A stretch of 63,800 nt of DNA, filler included, from Pirum gemmata (Eukaryota): assembly GCA_002812295.1 (NCBI GenBank). It is 21 parts of 21 records of this genome, joined end to end, with 100 filler letters (N's around TTAATTAATTAA, not from the genome) between each part and the next. Parts side by side here need not be neighbours in the genome. Positions count along the whole stretch, not along the records: positions 37,756 to 40,464 come from PDIN01004803.1; positions 40,565 to 43,304 come from PDIN01004804.1; positions 43,405 to 46,163 come from PDIN01004805.1; positions 46,264 to 49,022 come from PDIN01004806.1; positions 49,123 to 51,881 come from PDIN01004807.1; 16 more parts are not named here. One strand, 5' to 3'. A program made the translations under genes and the position numbers. Below are positions 37,872 to 49,516 of this stretch, piece after piece (position 1 is the stretch's first letter; every line of letters starts with the position of its first letter). The notes beneath the pieces are model-generated. The model did no database searches. It saw nothing but the letters and a program-made list of their open reading frames with translations, and was not told where the DNA came from.

Positions 37872-40453
37872 GAGTTTAAAAAGAGGAAGAGAAAAAAGTC
37901 ACAGGTCAACAGGAGATTTATTTAGAAATGTAAATACAAATGAATTGGCTGTGAACGAAAATGTATGTATCTCTAACTTTAACTATAACACTCTCACCCT
38001 GACCCCAACTCTAACCCTAACGTTAAGTCTAAGTCTAAGTCTAACGCCAACGCTAATGCTATCGCTAACTCTAACTCTAACTCTAATTTGCACTCTAACG
38101 TTAACTCTAACTCTAACTCTAACTCTAACGCCAATTCGAACTCTAACTCGGACGCTAACTCCAACTCTAACTCTAATTTCTAGAAATGTTAATACAAATT
38201 ATTTTGTTACGAACGAAAATGTATGTATCTCAAGTCTAACTCTTAACACTGGCCCTAACTCTAACACTAACGCTCATGCTCATGCTCATGCTCACGCTCA
38301 CGCCAACGCTAACTCTAACTCTAACTCTACCTCTTAACTCTACCTCTTAACTCTACCTCTAACTCTACCTCTAACCCCAACTCTAACTCCAACTGTAACG
38401 TTAACTCGAGCGCTAACCACCTTAACCCTAACCCTAATTATAACCCTAGCCCTAATTATAATCCTAATCCTAATCCTAACGCCAACGCTAACCCCTAACT
38501 CTTAACTCAAACCTTAACCCCTAACTCTATATCTAACTCTTTCTGACCCCCTAACCTTAACTCCTAACCCTAACTATAAGTATGTTTAATCGCTAACTCT
38601 AACACTAATGTTACACTAATGGTAGGCTAAGTCTAAGTCTAAGTCTAATATTAACTCTTTAACTCTAACTTATTTATTTATTTATTTTATTTATTTATTT
38701 ATTTTATTTATTTATTTATTTTATTTATTTATTTATTTATTCATTTAATTTATTTATTTATTCATTTTATTTATTTATTTATTTATTTATCTATTAAAAA
38801 ATACAGAATTGGGAGTACAGAAATCAAAGAAAACATTGCTAACAATTCTCTAAAACATCTTTTTCCATTTTTTGATGAAAATCGTTTGATTTTTAATGCT
38901 GATATAAAAAAGTTGGAAACAGACATTGAATATCAAAATATAACCCAAGAGACCATTAACATTGGGTACGAATATACTAGTCTGGACTGGACAGTAAAGC
39001 CTAAAAAAACCAAAGGTATGGGGGTAGAGAACGGTAAAGGATTAATATAATTTTGGTTTTTTTTTTCTTTGTAAAATTAAAGCTTTTATGACTCTTGTTT
39101 AAAAGGATTAGGTCACTGATATTGTCCGTTAAAATCTAACCTCAAGTGGGGGTGAGGTAACCGATGAAGCTACCCAGATTACAGTTAAATGCTGTTAAAA
39201 TTGGGTACGAATATGCTAGTCTGGACTGGACCGTAAAGCCTAAAAAAACCAAAGGTATGGGGGTAGAGAAGGATTAATATGATTTTGGTTTTTTTTCTTT
39301 CTAAAATTAAAGCTTCTATGACGCTGCTTAAAAGGGTTAGGATACTGATTGTATCCGTTAAAATCTAACCTCAAGTGGGGGTGAGGTAACCGATGATGCT
39401 ACCCAAATTGCAGTTAAATGCTGTTAAAATTGGGTACGAATATACTAGTCTGGACTGGACCGTAAAGCCTAAAAAACCCAAAGGTATGGGGGTAGAGAAC
39501 AGTAAAGGATCAATATTATTTTGGTTTTTTTTCTTTGCAAAATTAAAACTTTTATGATGCTGTTTAAAAGGGTTAGGTTGCTAATAGTGTTCGTTAAAAT
39601 CTAACCTCAAGTGGGGGTGAGGTAACCGGTGAAACTACCACAAATTGCAGTTAAATGCTGTTAAATTGGGTACGAATATACTAGTCTTGACTGGACTATA
39701 AAGCCTAAAAAACCAAAGGCATGGGGGTAGAGAACGATAAAGTATGATTTTGGTTTTTTTTTTTTTGTAAAATTAAAGCTTTTATGACGCTGTTTAAAAG
39801 GGTTAGGTTACTGATAGTGTCCGTTAAAATCTAACCTCAAGTGGGGGTGAGGTAACCGATGAAGCTACCCCAAATTGCAGTTAAATGCTGTTAAAATTGG
39901 GTACGAATATACTAGTTTAGATTGGACTGTAAAGCCTAAAAAACCAAAGGTATGGGGGTAGAGAACGGTGAAGGTTTAATATGATTTTGGTTTTTTTTTA
40001 TGACGCTGTTTAAAAGGGTCAGGTTACTGATAGTGTCCGTTAAAATATAACCTCAAGTGGGGGTGAGGTAACCGATGAAGCTACCCCAAATTGCAGTTAA
40101 TTTTTAAAATGCTGTTGAAAATGGGTACGAATATACTAGTCTAGGAAATATCATATCAACACAGATCCAATTCCGTCACCTATTTCAGTTGATTGTATAA
40201 TAAAGAAAAACACGTATTAATACAGGTCTGAAAAAGAATATTCTGAACAAGAAAAAATTTGGGAAAATAAGTATATGGCATGTTGTTTCATTATCCTTCA
40301 ATCCCTCCACGATTCTTCAGTACACGTCTTTATTTCATTAATTAACATGATCTGTTCTAGAAAAAGACAATCGTAACGTAAAATATTCATTTTCCTGTTT
40401 TCAGGAATATAGTCACGCAACGTAAAATATTCGGTAATGGTACCATGCAGGGG
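37872..40453 (+). CDS. Fragmentary multi-exon gene of unknown function; candidate exons ~37872-37962, 38807-38965, 40145-40213, 40405-40453
   Basis: The last three exons join in frame through GT-AG introns (IGSTEIKEN...QETINIG|KYHINTDPIPSPISVDCIIKKNT|NIVTQRKIFGNGTMQG); the first junction is not phase-compatible. Confidence 0.45.
38963..40142. repeat. Tandem array of five 224-239-bp units plus a terminal 21-nt anchor copy
   Basis: Anchor TGGGTACGAATATACTAGTCT (with minor variants) at 38963, 39202, 39431, 39667, 39898, 40122. Confidence 0.95.
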
Positions 40454-40794
40454 GTATGTTGACGNNNNNNNNNNNNNNNNNNNNNNNNNNNNNNNNNNNN
40501 NNNNNNNNTTAATTAATTAANNNNNNNNNNNNNNNNNNNNNNNNNNNNNNNNNNNNNNNNNNNNATAATAATAATAAAAATAATAGTAATAATAATAATA
40601 ATAATAATCGAGTTGGAGCTCATATGGTAGTTAATTATATGGTAATAATTTTATAATAATTTTATCCTAAATTTTATTCGGAATGCATATGGATGTTAAA
40701 AAAAAAAGTTTTGTGTTGTCAGACAGACACAGATGTCTTATAATCTATTTATTGCTTTGAAAATGTCAATATAAAGAGAGCTGAGGATTTTGGT

Positions 40795-41795
40795 TCAACC
40801 CCAGCCCCAAAATGAAAATGTTTCTGGAATTGGTGATAAGCCATGTGTTCGATATGTGTTAATTTCCTCTAATCCTTCTTCTAACCTTGGCAAAGATCCT
40901 AGACTGCTCTTTTTAATTAAACTAAACAAATTTTCGTTTGATCGCGGGGCACCAAGTGTCTGGGGTGATTGGGTATTTACATCCTCTTGTTCTACATCTA
41001 CAAGTCGATCTAATCTACTGGAGCTGGATTTTCTAATCAGGTTATTGACTTCAGAAATACTAACAGACATGACCATTTTCTTCTCCGGTTCTTCAAAATC
41101 AGAGTCCTCACTATCATTCGTGTCAGCGTTATATACTTTCTCCTCACTCACAACTTCTCTGATACAAGCATTTACCACTTTATTAACTTCTACCTCATCA
41201 ACATTATCATTTACCACCAGACCAGTATTATTATCATTTGCTTGTTGTGGTGCATAAGTTTGAATCCAATTTAGTTGTAAGCATTCTTGACAAGTAGGCC
41301 TTTTTTTACTATTCTTTGTAAGCAAAGCATGTATAAAATCTTTAGAACTATCACTTAATTTTGCAATAAAAGAATTAGTAAAATCCAATTTACCTTCTTG
41401 ATATTGTTCAATAAGTTTACTAACGTCAGTCATTTCTGTACCTTCGAAGGCTTCGCGACCAACCATCAATAAATAAGCTATACAACCCACAGCCCAAATA
41501 TCAGCTGGAAAGGTGGTACCTTCATAATTAAATATCTCTGGGGACATGTAACAAACAGTACCAACAAACCCACCGCGTGCATCTTCACCTTCGTTGTGTA
41601 TGTAAGACAACCCAAAATCTATAATTTTTACATTCAAAGATTCTCCAGGGTTATTGGGCAATGTAAGTAAAATATTTTCGGGTTTAATATCTCGATGAAC
41701 AATTCGAAGGGAATGTAAATATTCCAAACCCTTTAGTACACCGCTAATCAACGGAGCTACATCTTTTTCGGTAGCAATTAACTCATTATTCGATA
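40795..41795 (-). CDS. Ser/Thr protein kinase, CAMK-like; C-lobe and tail only
   Basis: ATEKDVAPLI, HRDIKPEN, VKIIDFGLS, GTVCYMSPE, DIWAVG, KRPTCQECLQLNWI; no Gly-loop/VAIK exon found on the contig. Confidence 0.85.
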
Positions 41796-42450
41796 ATAAT
41801 TATATAGCAAAAAAGTGGTTATTTTCGCCATTATAATAAATATTATTAGTATTATTGTTATTATTATTAATATTTGTATTTAGCATGATCTCATTGTCAT
41901 TTGTACTATTATTATTTTTTAGTAGTAAATTATTTTTTTTTTATATTTTATTATTATTATTAATATTATCGCTTATCGGTTATTATGGCTGATCAGGTCT
42001 CTGGTGGTTCTAAAACCGGGATCAAACTGCTGAGTAAGGGAGCCCTTAGCTTACTAGATGACAAATTGATCCAAACTACTACAGGGAATAGTATTTATTA
42101 TTCATGTCAACCTAACCCTAATCTTAACCCTTAACCCTAACACTTACCCTGACAGCTCCCCCTAACTCTAACAATCTTGTCCAACCCCAACCCTAACCCT
42201 TTGTATAATAAATATGTCTTAATGCAATATTATAAGTAAATGTAACAATATTATGGAAGGTTGCAAACTACTAAAGTAAAGAGATTAATCATGATGAGTA
42301 TTTTTGTTTATTAAAGTATTTGATCATGTAGAAATTTATATACATTATAATATCTTACTTTCTCTAACTCAGGCTTAGACTCGTTATTTTTGGAATTCTT
42401 GGTACTAAAGTAAAGAGATTGCTCATGATGAGGATTTTTGTTTATTTTAA

Positions 42451-43275
42451 TTAAAATATTTGGTCATATAGAAATTTATATACATTATATCTTACCTTAG
42501 ACTCGTCATTTTTGGAATTCTTGGTGAATTCTTTTGGTATTATCGTCTTAAAAACCTGATCTTCTGTGTTCTCTTGAATTACAGAGGCACGATGAGGTCG
42601 ATGCATAGGAACTACAGGTTTATGCCTATCATTTTTTTCCTTGTGCGCGAGTAACTTTTCCATACTATCTGGACTTAATGTCCTCCATCTTACCAACTTA
42701 AAATCTTCATGATTGCCGGTTTTGTATGCTTTTTGTAATTGGCGTACACTGTCGGGTGAAAGAGTTTTCCTTCTTATATCAGGAGTTTCTCTATGTTGTG
42801 GACGTCCACGCACTGGTTCATCAGTGATAATCCCAAGTTTCCTAAGTGTTGCAGGTGAAACAGTTCGATATCTTGTCGTCTTTCGTGTTTTTTCTCCATC
42901 TTCTTTACCTTTACCTTTTCCTTTCCCAAGCTTTCGAATGGACGCAGGTGAAAGAGTTCGATGTCTTGTTGCTGTTCGTTCTCCTTCTCCTACACGGTTT
43001 TCTTTACCTTTACCTTTACCTTTACCTTTACCTTTACCTTTACCTTTAACAAAGCCTTGCTCTTGTTCGAGTAATAATCTATTTGAAGCTATTATGATTT
43101 CATCACGATCATGATCAGATATGGCTGGGTTACTCATACATTCACTAAATAAATTTGGGTTTAAGAATAGTTCTATGCATTTTTCCAAAATATTATTATT
43201 CGTAGTCGTGGTAGGTACAGCAGTACTGACGGAAACAATAACTATCGTCATAAATGATATTAAGTGCAACTTCAT
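42451..43275 (-). CDS. Secreted basic orphan protein with (GK)n tracts and four R.[RK]T[LV]SP.[ST]...L repeats; true 3' end may be spliced at the GTAAGA donor ~42495
   Basis: Signal peptide MKLHLISFMTIVIVSVSTA; 274-aa open frame; internal repeats. Confidence 0.75.
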   Translation of the reverse strand: MKLHLISFMTIVIVSVSTAVPTTTTNNNILEKCIELFLNPNLFSECMSNPAISDHDRDEIIIASNRLLLEQEQGFVKGKGKGKGKGKGKGKENRVGEGERTATRHRTLSPASIRKLGKGKGKGKEDGEKTRKTTRYRTVSPATLRKLGIITDEPVRGRPQHRETPDIRRKTLSPDSVRQLQKAYKTGNHEDFKLVRWRTLSPDSMEKLLAHKEKNDRHKPVVPMHRPHRASVIQENTEDQVFKTIIPKEFTKNSKNDESKVRYNVYKFLYDQIF

Positions 43276-45094
43276 CTTTTCACACTTTTTTTTTTTTTTT
43301 TTTTNNNNNNNNNNNNNNNNNNNNNNNNNNNNNNNNNNNNNNNNNNNNTTAATTAATTAANNNNNNNNNNNNNNNNNNNNNNNNNNNNNNNNNNNNNNNN
43401 NNNNTTTTTTTTTTTTTTTTTTTTTTTTTTTCTAGCTAGCTAGACTAGCTTTTTATCAGGTGTTTTTATTTATCATATTTTTTTATCGTGCCTTTCATTT
43501 ATTTTGTCACTCTGAATATTTATTTGGGGTGTTATAATATTTAAATCGATATTTTTAAAAGTTAATACATATATAATACAATATACCAAATTAAATAAAA
43601 TGGATTTTTATAATAATAATTTGGTACTATTTATTGTATATTTTATGATGACAAAACAACTGAAAAGCACTATCGATCTACCCGTTATACCGTACTACCT
43701 ACAGGTACTACCTATCAGATAGACTATAGTCTACAATCTTTTTTTTTTTTTTTTTTTTTTTTACTATGATATCTAGCTAGGTAGCTAGCTAGACTAGTCT
43801 ATAGACTAGTCAAGCGTAGACTAGCTAGCTACTAGAGCGTAGACTACTACTAGCTAGAGCAAGCTACTACCTACTACTAGCTAGTAGCTAGCTAGCTAGC
43901 AAGGCTGCTATGATAGCTTATCTTTTATAATAATATTATTATAATATCATGCTTTTCAGTTGTTTTGTCATCATAAATATGCAATAAAGAGTACCAAATT
44001 AATAAAATGTAAATCCATTTCATTTAATTTGGTATATTTTAATATCTATTTATTTATTTTAAAATAATAGCTTAAATATTATAACCAACCAAATAAATGT
44101 TCGGAGTGACAAAATAAATGAAAAGCACAATATAGTGCTTTTATAATACTATAATAAATACATATATCTGATATGATAATATACTATATATACTATATAT
44201 ATTAATATATATAGCTATAGTATATATATATACTAGTACTATTAATATTATATTATACTATAGCTACTACTACTACTAGTATTATTACTGCTACTATTAC
44301 TACTACGTATATTACTAATTAATACTACTACGCGTATTAATACGTATACTACTGTAAGTACTACTACTACTACTACTACTACGTATATATACAATCATAG
44401 CACCATCACCACCACCATGTGCACCACCACCACGAACACCACCACACCACTACTATAGCTAACCACCACTACCACTACCACCACTGCTACAAGTACTTGT
44501 ACTACAACTATATTATATATATATCAGATACTACGTATACTGCTACTACATATCTACCACTTAGGATTAGGGTTAGGGTTAGGGTTAGGGTTAGCTATTA
44601 ATTAATATATACACGTATAATACCATTACTATTATACTACTATATAGCTACTATTAATGTTAATACCACTAGCTATTAATATATACACGTATAATAACAT
44701 TACTATTAATACTACTATAGCTACTATTAATATTTATTAATGTTAATACCACTATCTGATATCAACACTACCAATACAATCACCACCATCACTAATACTA
44801 ATACTACGTATACTATCCCAGATACTACTACCAGTTAGCTTTATGGTACTATCATCGAGTGATATCAATGATATCCCAGATACTACTAGTACGAGCTAAC
44901 TAGTACTAGTTAGTACCAGTTAGCTTTATATGGTACTATCATCGAGTGATATCAATGATATAATATAATTACCCTAACCCTAACCCTAACCCTATGTCAT
45001 AAAAAAAAAATCGAGAAAAAAAAAAAAATTTTGAAAATGAAAAAACATGATAGTCTACCTATATTGTTATTAATTACACCCTTTATTTTTTAAT

Positions 45095-45325
45095 TAACTA
45101 CCAAGCCGGATAAAACTGTAGAAATTAAACCATTTTTTTTTAGACTTCTTTTCTAAAAACCTTTCATAATAATTAGCCATATTATTTTTAAAAATTTGCA
45201 TTTGGCTCATAATAGAGTCTTCTTAGTTCGAATATTTATCAATATTTGGCAGTACTTTAATTAAAATTGAAGCATTTTGAGAATTTTTTGAATTTTTGAG
45301 CCATTCTTATCCGGCTTGGCAGTTA
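45095..45325. mobile_element. MITE family A (~235 bp, TIR TAACTACCAAGCCGGATAAAA); copies at ~34290-34530, 45560-45812, 50155-50396, 62535-62776
   Basis: ~20-bp TIRs in TA/TTAA context, conserved interior, five copies on four contigs. Confidence 0.85.
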
Positions 45326-45818
45326 AAAAAAAAAAAAAATGTTACGTTACAAATGTATGACATAATATTTTTTGAAATGTTTGCCCTCTCAGGGAAGATC
45401 CCGTTTAATAATAATAATATTATTATTATTTTTTTTTTTCTTATTGTTTACAAAAAAACAAAAAATATAGAATATAGACAAAAAATAGAATCTAATGTCA
45501 ACTAATAGACCCCCAATTATTTTTTTTTTTTAAAATAAATTTTTTTTTTTTTTAAAATTTTGCTGGATAAAAATTGCGACATCCATCATAATGAGATCAA
45601 AAAAGGATCAAAAACGGGAGAAATCATAACATATTCCAATTTTACTAAAAGTACTACCAAAGTATGAGAAATTATCTAACTAATTAAACTCTATTATGAA
45701 CCAATGCCTGATTTTTAACAATAATTTGACTAGTTAGTATTGGTTTTAAGAAAAGAACTCTTAAAAAAATGATTTCCATAGTTTTATCACGCTTGCTAGT
45801 GCTTGCTAGTTAAAAAAA

Positions 45819-45879
<61 letters not shown>

Positions 45880-46263
45880 AATGAACACCACATTGTCTAT
45901 TAGATTGATTAGGGTGTCATTTTTATATAAATAAATTATCTGAGAATTTAATTATCTATGCATAAAATACTAAAATATCAAAAAGTCTACATTATTATTA
46001 TTTATTATTATTATTATTTTTAAAAAAATAACAAAAATATTGTATTTTTGTGTTTTTATTTTTTTACTCTAAAAACAATTGAATCTAATATTACATTTTA
46101 TACTTCAAACCTTACAATTATTTTTAGAGAAATCAATAAATAAATAAATAAATAAATAAATAANNNNNNNNNNNNNNNNNNNNNNNNNNNNNNNNNNNNN
46201 NNNNNNNTTAATTAATTAANNNNNNNNNNNNNNNNNNNNNNNNNNNNNNNNNNNNNNNNNNNN

Positions 46264-47242
46264 TTTTTTGATGAGGCAAGAGAGTTTAATAGTAATTTAA
46301 CTCAGACTTTACCGGCAACAACCTTTATGTATATTGCACCAGAAATGAGAAGAGCTATAGTACAAGGTAATATTTTGGATGTAAAGTTTAACAAAACAAC
46401 TGACATGTATTCATTTGGTATTATTGTGACCAAATTATTAGAAGGTACTGAAATGACTTCTGAGCAACAATCAGAAAGTAAGAAGTTTATCAAAGCTTTG
46501 ACAGAAGAAAAAGAATCACGAATTTCTGCAACGGAAGCATTAAATCATGCATTCATAGATATGCAAATGAACAAGGAAACTTTGCATTATTGTGTTACTT
46601 GCTGTGATTCTTACCTTACGACCCAAGGTGTTTGGTGCTCAGGGGATGACAGCAATACAGAGAAACACTTTATTTGTAGTATTAATTGTATTAATCCGTA
46701 CATGAGAAGCTTGATGGAATCTGGCCGTGATGATGAAATGCAGAAAACTCTAGGTAGAATACCTTGTTGGAATCAAGGTAATGATTAATTATCAATATTT
46801 CTTATTTATTTGATTATGTTCTCGTTGCTTTTTTCTTATTGTTTATATTATAGTTTTAACTCATGATCAAACTTTGTGGTTTTTTGTAATTGTCTTGGTG
46901 TTATAAGTAATTTTAAAATTGTGATCATATATTTATTACTATGCGCTCGCTTTGTTACTATAGTCGTTAATTCACTTTCATTCTTCCTAAATGATTTTTA
47001 GTAATTATGATAAATAGTAATAGTAATAACAAACTAATAACAAAGTAATAGTAATAGTAATATTAATAATAGTAATGATAGTGATAGTGATAGTGATAGT
47101 GATAGTGATAATGATAGTGATAATGATAATGATAGTGATAGTGATAGTGATAGTGATAGTGACAGTGATAGCAATGATAAACATAGCAACGTATAATGTA
47201 TATATGTTTATTTATTTATATTTGGTAATTGGGTTAACAATA

Positions 47243-47288
<46 letters not shown>

Positions 47289-47918
47289 GTGTATGTGTGT
47301 GTTTTGCAATTAGGTTGTAAGAACGCCCCAGTTGACCCTGTAGCAAGCGGCTACGTCAAACATTGGGAACCTTCCGTATTTCAAGAATATCAAGAAATGT
47401 TAAAACGACATACAGAGCAACGAATAATCAAGGAAATGGAGCAGCAATACCAAGAAAAATTGAAAAAAGATTTAGAAAAAGGTTTAGTTGAATTAACTGT
47501 ATCAAGACACATACAACATATACAAAACGAACTATTAACTTTGAAATGTCCAAGATTTGGACATGCGTTTGTTGATTTTGATGGATGTGCTGCCCTGGTT
47601 TGTTCAACTTGTTCTTGTCATTTTTGTGCGTATTGCTTAACTGAGTATAATAATAGCAATGAGTGCCATACTCATGTTAGCAAATGTGACATTAAAAAAA
47701 GATTAACCAATGACAGTAAAGCTTTTTACGCGACAGAGGGGGGAATAGAAGTAGCGCAAAGCTTTTTTAAAAGTCAAAAGACCAAAGAATACTGGAATAC
47801 AACTGTTGCTCATATTAGTGAAACGGAAATTAAATCAGAAATAAAAACATTGTTGATTAAGTTCTTAGGTGCAGATGCCCATATTAAAAATCATTGGGAT
47901 TGGTTGAAGCAGAGTTAA
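46264..47918 (+). CDS. 3' part of a protein kinase-RING-coiled coil-Rcat (RBR RING2-like) fusion; exons 46264-46777 and 47314-47918
   Basis: FDEAR...YIAPE, DMYSFG, RISATEALNHAF; RING CVTC...C...HFICSINC...CWNQG|C; LTLKCPRFGHAFVDFDGCAALVCSTCSCHFCAYC; phase-1 GT-AG intron. Confidence 0.85.
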
Positions 47919-49122
47919 ATCAAAACTGAACCAACCATAAATGATAAAACACAACACTAAAGGAATATTGGAATATAGCTATTAATCTTGTAAAGAAATT
48001 GTGAATTAAATTTTTTAAAGATTTTAAAAAAGAAATTTTCATTATATAAATTATGTCACTACTAAAAACCATGAGGTAGAACTATATTTAAAAATGGATT
48101 ATAAAAAGACAAGTAATAACTAACGAATCTATTAGAAAAGAGTTCGAAAAGAAAAAATTTAATTTTTCAATACTAATATTATAATAAATATTTTTTTTCT
48201 AAAAAAAACAACAGATGTAAATTTTAGGATTTCCAAACTATGCTATTAATAGATATTGCTAGTATTAATATATAAAATAAAAATGTTCAAATTAAATTTA
48301 TAAACTATTATCGAACTCATTTGGGATAATATCATTTATCAAGCTAATTCACTCCTGTTTACTACCTATTTATCTTTCTAGTGTTCCGTCTTTTTTGATA
48401 TTCTGCGGTATAGGAATTCGAAGATATATGAATATCTCATTTGATAATGATAATAATAAATTTATCGTGTTTTTCAATATAGTGTTGTCCAGTTCAAAAA
48501 CTGAAATAAACGTTCAAACATACCAAATTATTATTATAGTTAAACTATATATATATATGTTCTAGTTAATTCGGTATTTTATACTTAATATTATATTTTA
48601 TAAACAAGTTCAATTATACACTTAAACAGTACCAAATTAAAGATTGAGAGGACAACAGCAATGAATTCGAAATAGACGACAATTTCATGATAATAATAAT
48701 AACTAGTACTAGGTACATATACGGTTTTGAAAAAGGAAAACATGCCTAGCTAGCTAGGATCTTTTTTCAAATAAAATTTCTCCTTGGAATATATCGTAAT
48801 ATATATAATACTGGAAGTGCTTTTTAGTTGTTTTGTCATCATAAAAAATACAAGAGTTACAAATTAATATAACATAAATCCATTTAATATTAAAATTTAA
48901 ATTTAATTTGCTATATTTTATTATTTATTTATTCATTTAAAAAATTCAATTTAATAAAGGTTATAACCTACCAAATAAATATTCAGTGTGACAAAATAAA
49001 TGAAAAGCACAATATATATTATNNNNNNNNNNNNNNNNNNNNNNNNNNNNNNNNNNNNNNNNNNNNTTAATTAATTAANNNNNNNNNNNNNNNNNNNNNN
49101 NNNNNNNNNNNNNNNNNNNNNN

Positions 49123-49398
49123 TTATTATTATTATATCTTTCTAATAAATACTCTAAACTTTCTTCACCTGCTATTATTGAGACTAAAGCTTCTTTCCGT
49201 AAAGTCAAATCACGAGTATTGGCAATCGCATGTGTATACTTAGCTTTAAAACAACATGGTACGGAGGTGTCTAATGATAATGATAATGAACCACGCCAAC
49301 AAAATTTTCGGAGTTTTATGGATAAAAAACAAGTGGACCGGACTAAAATTCTATTTTTTGAAACACTTGGACTTGAGGAAGGTGCTTATCTTGTATAA
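49123..49398 (+). CDS. 3' end of a gene with a cyclin-box/TFIIB-like helix (FRKVKSRVLAIACVYLALKQHG)
   Basis: Frame open from the contig edge to TAA 49396-49398; not in the ORF track; fold call by motif resemblance. Confidence 0.6.
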   Translation, partial: LLLLYLSNKYSKLSSPAIIETKASFRKVKSRVLAIACVYLALKQHGTEVSNDNDNEPRQQNFRSFMDKKQVDRTKILFFETLGLEEGAYLV

Positions 49399-49516
49399 CA
49401 CTAATGGGAATTGCCTGAGCCCAATCTACATTTAAGTAGGCACCTTCCTCAAGTCCAAGTGTTTCAAAAATTAGAATTTTAGTCCGGTTTGCTTGTTTTT
49501 TATCCATAAAACTCCG
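49309..49516 (+). repeat. Inverted duplication (~83-bp arms) of the gene's own 3' coding sequence, forming a hairpin across the stop codon
   Basis: 49309-49392 pairs with 49434-49516. Confidence 0.93.

Noticed and set aside
39160..39225. Hammerhead-like core CCGATGA-stem-CGAA in the array unit
   Set aside because: U4 is C, there are extra bases before stem II, GAAA is GAAT, and no convincing stem I/III or NUH site; not a canonical hammerhead
38963..40142. CRISPR-like reading of the 21-nt anchors
   Set aside because: The intervening ~215-bp segments are homologous to each other rather than unique spacers; no cas genes; eukaryotic context
40214..40225. Apparent 12-nt GT-AG micro-intron removing a stop
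   Set aside because: The same donor joins in phase to the acceptor at 40404, giving an ordinary 191-nt intron
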